Positions 59,860 to 64,000 of a DNA stretch of 64,000 bases are shown piece by piece. Source of the stretch: a virus; IMG/VR virus record IMGVR_UViG_3300028800_000005, positions 48,018 through 112,017 of that record. One strand, written 5' to 3'. Made by a program: the position numbers and the translations under genes. How positions within the stretch are numbered: the stretch's first letter is position 1; each line of letters opens with the position of its first letter. The notes under the pieces were generated by a model. That model was not told the DNA's origin. It searched no databases and saw nothing but the letters and a program-made list of their open reading frames with translations.

Positions 59860-60810
59860 ATGAGCGGCCAGGACAAGATTTACGAGATGATCACCGAGCG
59901 GATGATCGCCCAGCTCGAAGCTGGCGTCGTCCCGTGGCGGAAGCCCTGGGCAGCCGCCGGGATCGGGGTCCCTAGGAACATCAAGTCCGGCAAGGGCTAC
60001 CGTGGCGTTAACGTCTTCCTGCTCGCCGGAGACTACACGTCCCCCTGGTGGGGCACCTACGACCAGATGGCCGAGAAGTCCGGGGCCAGGAAGGTTTCCG
60101 ATAACTCCCGGCGCGGGAACCACTGGGAGAAGGACGGCGAGTACTGGACCGGCCTTAAGGGCGAGAAGTCGACGGTCATCGTCTTCTGGAAGCGCCTGGT
60201 CGTGGACGACAAGGAATCGGAGAACGGCAAGAAGGTCATCCCGATGCTCCGTTACTTCCACGTCTTCAATGCCGAGCAGGTCCAGGGCATCCCTGAGAAG
60301 TACCTCGCCCCGAAGACTCCGGAGACAGTGGACCCGGACGTGGTCCTTGAGACCGCGCAGAATATCCACGACGAGTACCTGGCGCGAGAGGGTGCACCCC
60401 GTTACCGCGAGACCGGTAACCGGGCGTTCTATAACCTGGAAGACGGGGACACGATTACCGTCCCCGCCCGCGCTGCCTTCCCGGACGAGCGTGATTACCA
60501 CAGCACGCGGTTCCATGAGGAGACGCACTCCACCGGGCACTCCAGCCGCTGTGACCGTCCTGGCGTCGTTAACTTCGACCACTTCGGGACCGGCCAGTAC
60601 GCCAAGGAAGAACTCGTCGCGGAAATGGGCGCGTCGATGCTTATGGCTATCGCGGGCATCGAGACCAAGGAAACGTTCGAGAACTCGGCCGCGTACGTCC
60701 AGAACTGGCTCAAGAACCTCAAGGACGACCACAAGCTGGTAGTGGCCGCAGCGGGTCAGGCACAGAAGGCAGTGGACCACATTCTAGGCGTTACCTACGA
60801 GGAGGCATGA
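59860..60810 (+). CDS. ardC: ArdC-like antirestriction protein (ssDNA-binding + zincin-like domain)
   Basis: LEAGVVPWRKPW, YRGVN..LL, W.TY.Q, GEKS, FHVFNAEQ, AFY, HE..HSTGH, YAKEELVAE, SAAY..W. Confidence 0.92.
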   Translation: MSGQDKIYEMITERMIAQLEAGVVPWRKPWAAAGIGVPRNIKSGKGYRGVNVFLLAGDYTSPWWGTYDQMAEKSGARKVSDNSRRGNHWEKDGEYWTGLKGEKSTVIVFWKRLVVDDKESENGKKVIPMLRYFHVFNAEQVQGIPEKYLAPKTPETVDPDVVLETAQNIHDEYLAREGAPRYRETGNRAFYNLEDGDTITVPARAAFPDERDYHSTRFHEETHSTGHSSRCDRPGVVNFDHFGTGQYAKEELVAEMGASMLMAIAGIETKETFENSAAYVQNWLKNLKDDHKLVVAAAGQAQKAVDHILGVTYEEA

Positions 60811-61061
60811 TGGAAATCCGTAACCACCCGGACCAGTTCACCCTGACCGACAAGGAGACATTTGAACTCCTGACGGACCTGGGGGCGTCCCAGGACGCCG
60901 CGACCGAGTCCGTTAACTGGTCGCACGAGCATGGCTTCGCGCGGGCTCCCCTGGGCAAGTGGTACGTCCAGGTTGACCACGCCGGGGACCGGAAGTTCAT
61001 CGTGTCGGTCCATGCTAAGCGCGCCAGTAAGGTGACCCGGGACATCCGGTAGACTAGACCC

Positions 61062-61415
61062 ATGAGTAGTCGAAAGGCAGAGTTCTGGAAGACCCTCCAG
61101 GCCGCGAAGCTTCAGGTCAAGCAGTCCGAGTCCGAGGGTGACCTCCGGCGTGACATGTTCTACGCGTCAAAGCCGGGTCCCCCCGACATCGACTTCGACC
61201 CTACTCCAAGCTCTGACCGGTCGAATCCCCGGACTGCCGCGATGCAGTACTGGCAGGATCAGCAGGTCATGCGGATTTCCTGGGGGGACGGCGGGACCCC
61301 GTACCTCTATTACGACGTCTCCCCGGACGAGGCTAGGCGCTTTACCAAGGTGACCAGCCCCGGGCGGTTCGTGAACGGTACTCTCAATATGCACGCCTAT
61401 GGCAAAGACCAGTAA
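61062..61415 (+). CDS. KTSC-domain protein
   Basis: Y...M.I.W.DG..Y.YYDV......F....SPGRFVN. Confidence 0.7.
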   Translation: MSSRKAEFWKTLQAAKLQVKQSESEGDLRRDMFYASKPGPPDIDFDPTPSSDRSNPRTAAMQYWQDQQVMRISWGDGGTPYLYYDVSPDEARRFTKVTSPGRFVNGTLNMHAYGKDQ

Positions 61416-62147
61416 TTACCATTTGGCACAGCGGGGGGACTAGGCTCCTGCGCAGGAACACTAAAAGGGAGCACTGACATGGATCTCAAATGGAAGCTAC
61501 TCGGCTTGTGGTGGCGCATCCGGAGCTTTAACCCGCCAGTCATGGCGCGGCGCATCAAGCTAGCTCCGGACGCTGCCAGGGCCGACGTCGTCCGGACCTA
61601 CGAGACGGAGTACCCCTACCGGCCGGGCTACGGACTGGTACTGCACCTGTACGGCTCGCACGGCGTCCTCCTGGGCGTCCTGCAGCCTAAGGTGGACCTG
61701 GACGACGCCGCTATCGACGCGCGCCTCCTGCTGGCTCTCCGGGCCGCTGAGGGCCCCGCGTCCTGGCGGAAGCGGGCATGGCTGGCTGGCCGGGCCGCCA
61801 TCGATGCCGGGGACCTGATCGAGTACCACGCGCGCAGCGCGGAAGAGGCACGGGAGTTCTCTGACATGCTCGGCCTGGACGACTGGCGCACCAAGGTAGC
61901 CCGCGACGATGCGTAACAAGATCCAGGTAGTACCTGGCTGGGACCCGCACCGGTACGACAAGCTGGAGCGGAAGGTCCAGCGGCTGGATACCTCGCTGCT
62001 GCTGGACTACGCCGACGCGGCCGGGTCCGGCATGGCACGGGCGTTCGGGGACTTTCGCCGGGGCGGGGACACGGTGTCCCTGGAGGAGGTCCAGGAGGGC
62101 CTGATGTCACTGTGGGCGATCGTCCAGACCCTCAAGGCCAGGGCCGT

Positions 62148-62175
62148 TTGACACCTGCGCAGGGCCGGGTAGACT
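62148..62175 (+). promoter_or_regulatory. SigA-type promoter
   Basis: TTGACA-16 nt-TAGACT upstream of 62204. Confidence 0.65.
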
Positions 62176-62203
62176 GAAGGTACACCTTGGAGGAGGGGTT
62201 CAG

Positions 62204-62841
62204 ATGACAGGCTACAGCACCGACCAGGAGCGCACCGCCCAGTTCTTCGACGACCTGAAGCAGCATCGCCACGAACAGAACGTGCGTACGGCCGAGACCG
62301 TCGCCGTCGCCGTCGCGGCAGGATACGCGGCTAGCCAGTGGGAGAAGAAGAACCAGGGGCGCAAGGCGGTCATCACGCAGATGTCCGACCCCGACCGAAG
62401 CTCCGCAGTCCGGGCCCGGCGAATCGGTGCCTGGCTCTGGGTGCTGGCCCTCCTGTTCCTGGTCCTGTGCCTGGCCCCCGCAGTCACCACGTCGTTTGTC
62501 TTCATCCCCGCGCTCGTCGCCGCATTCGCCGCAGGCGGGTTCCGGAAGTACGGTAACGACATCGTCGCGCGGGCAGCGACCCAGCTTCAACAGGAGGCAG
62601 CCAACTCATGATTATCCTGATACTCGCAATCGTGGCGCTCTGCATCGTGTACGACTGGAAGAATTCCCAGTACGTCTCACGGAACGTGAACATCGCCTAC
62701 GGCGTCTCAATTCTCTTTCTCGCCATCATCGGCCTGGGGATCATCGCCTTCGCGCTCATGATCGTGTCGGTAATCCACACCTATCTCGCCAAGCAAAAGG
62801 CGATCAAGGCCCGTAACGACCAGGACTGGGAGCGTAAGTGA
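62204..62841 (+). CDS. two membrane proteins (62204..62611, 62608..62841)
   Basis: Two hydrophobic helices each; GGAGG SDs. Confidence 0.55.
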
Positions 62842-63212
62842 AGGTCTACCTAGCCGCTGACTACGCGCGGAAAGACGAGATCCAGGGCATCCGGGTTAGC
62901 CTGGAAGACCGGGGTGTCAAGGTCACCAGCCGCTGGCTGGACACGGCCGACGATGGCATTCCCTGGTCGGCCGAAGCAAAAATAGACCTGGACGACATCC
63001 GGGAGGCCGACGTGGTAGTCAGTTTCACCACGGGGGCGCACGCACGCGGGGGCAGGCATGCCGAGTTCGGCATTGCCGTCGCGCTGGACAAGGGCCTGAT
63101 CCTGGTTGGCCCGCGTGAGCATGTCTTCCATTTCCTTCCGGGTGTCCTGCTCCTGAATTCTGTCTCTGAACTTCTCTCCTGGGCCGATGTTTACACGGAG
63201 GCGCACCGCTGA
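62838..63212 (+). CDS. nucleoside 2-deoxyribosyltransferase-like protein 2
   Basis: KVYLAA, TSRW, DLDDI..AD, GGRHAEFG.A, VFH. Confidence 0.7.
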   Translation: MKVYLAADYARKDEIQGIRVSLEDRGVKVTSRWLDTADDGIPWSAEAKIDLDDIREADVVVSFTTGAHARGGRHAEFGIAVALDKGLILVGPREHVFHFLPGVLLLNSVSELLSWADVYTEAHR

Positions 63213-63631
63213 TGGTCCACCGGAAGAAGTCCGCCGAGAAAGTGGCCCCTAAGGCTCCGGCTAAGCCCGAGACCTCGGCCGCGAGAATTCGAGGGTGGGC
63301 GAAAGAGAAGGGCATCCCCTGCCCCGAGCGCGGTCGAATCCCGTCCAAGGTGATGGAGCTTTACGCGGGGAAGAACATCCCGGGCCTGATCGAAGAGGCG
63401 GTATCCGAAGAGGTCAAGGACAACCCGATCTTCCATGCCCATGGTAAGCGGCACGATGCAGCCTGCCAGTTCTGCACGATAAACACGGTCTCTCACGGGA
63501 CCCGGCACGATCTCTGCCCGGGGACGATTAGGAACGCTGACCCGCGTCACCGCCATCGCGTCTGGACCTGCCCGTGCTGGCAGCAGAACCCCGAGGGGCA
63601 CACCCGGGCGAAGGACTACAGGCCCGCCTGA
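63212..63631 (+). CDS. Lsr2-like DNA-binding domain fused to a Cys/His-rich domain
   Basis: IRGWAKEKGI.CPERGRIP..V...Y (RGR AT-hook-like grip); C-terminal CQFC..H..CPG..WTCPC. Confidence 0.75.
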   Translation: MVHRKKSAEKVAPKAPAKPETSAARIRGWAKEKGIPCPERGRIPSKVMELYAGKNIPGLIEEAVSEEVKDNPIFHAHGKRHDAACQFCTINTVSHGTRHDLCPGTIRNADPRHRHRVWTCPCWQQNPEGHTRAKDYRPA

Positions 63632-63666
63632 TGATCCGGTAAACTGGAGAAGTCGACAGGAGTCCA

Positions 63667-64000
63667 ATGAGCGCGCTTGATAACGTATCCAGTCAGCAGT
63701 TCGTCAACCAGGTGCACAAGACTGGTGGCGCATCTGTCCACGCTAACTCCGGAAAGCTTCTGCCCCCCGGTAAATCCGGGTTCATGGTTGGCGGCACCGC
63801 GCCTAGCATGCAGGTTCCGTCCGAGGAGTTCGGGCCCGAGCACGTCCAGAAGTTCGCTGCCTCTCTGCCAGCCGACCACAGTACTTATGTCGGCGGCTGG
63901 GAGCATGAGGGCCAGGTCTACCTGGACGCTTCCCAGAAGGTTTCCCGGGCCAAGCAGGCGACGCGGCTAGGCAAGAACCGTAACCAGATCTCCGTCTGGG
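63667..64000 (+). CDS. QF-leader protein, possibly SAM-lyase-like; truncated by window end (not in ORF track)
   Basis: Manual translation MSALDNVSSQQF...GFMVG...VGGWEHEGQVYLDAS....A..LG..RNQISVW; AGGAG SD. Confidence 0.6.
   Translation, partial: MSALDNVSSQQFVNQVHKTGGASVHANSGKLLPPGKSGFMVGGTAPSMQVPSEEFGPEHVQKFAASLPADHSTYVGGWEHEGQVYLDASQKVSRAKQATRLGKNRNQISVW

Noticed and set aside
11835-60780. Long minus-strand ORFs (e.g. 11835..12953, 20997..21905, 34250..35191, 55402..56388, 59710..60780)
   Set aside because: They are antisense shadows of well-supported + strand genes in GC-rich DNA, with no motifs.
1-64000. Stop-codon reassignment or introns/inteins in core genes
   Set aside because: Helicase, primase, polymerase, RecA and PEPCK are uninterrupted and of normal length in the standard code, and no suppressor tRNA was seen.

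Overview
This is a 64-kb segment of a large lytic actinobacteriophage genome. It is GC-rich, densely packed with abutting genes, almost all on the + strand, and carries two WhiB genes, an Lsr2-like gene and SigA/HrdB-type promoters. No capsid, tail or integrase genes were recognised. Layout: (1) 0.6-19.4 kb, replication and recombination: HTH protein, DnaB, primase, SNF2 helicase, SSB, family A DNA polymerase, RecA, HslV-like peptidase, resolvase-like nuclease, WhiB, Cas4-like nuclease and a UvsY-like protein. (2) 20-24 kb, metabolic and nucleotide-pool genes: GTP-dependent PEP carboxykinase, two NTP pyrophosphohydrolases, EndoVII and SpoVS. (3) 24-38.7 kb, mostly unknown genes, a nucleotidyltransferase/HAD-like/TGT-like trio and three tandem Arr-like ADP-ribosyltransferases. 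(4) 38.7-39.9 kb, a non-coding repeat and palindrome region, possibly the genome end or origin. (5) 39.9-64 kb, many small promoter-driven genes, a cluster of secreted glycan hydrolases including a GH12, an endolysin, one canonical tRNA-Asn, three aberrant tRNA-like RNAs, a degenerate second RecA, a metallophosphoesterase, two more Arr-like ARTs, ArdC, KTSC and Lsr2. Best candidate for an undescribed system: nine proteins scattered over 37 kb share a 12-residue N-terminal leader, M-[SA]-A-x-[DE]-[NHV]-[LMV]-[NS]-x-x-Q-F. Five carry ART domains and four carry unrelated domains, which suggests a capsid-targeting or injection signal for a set of host-takeover effectors. All family assignments come from motif recognition by eye; no searches were run.
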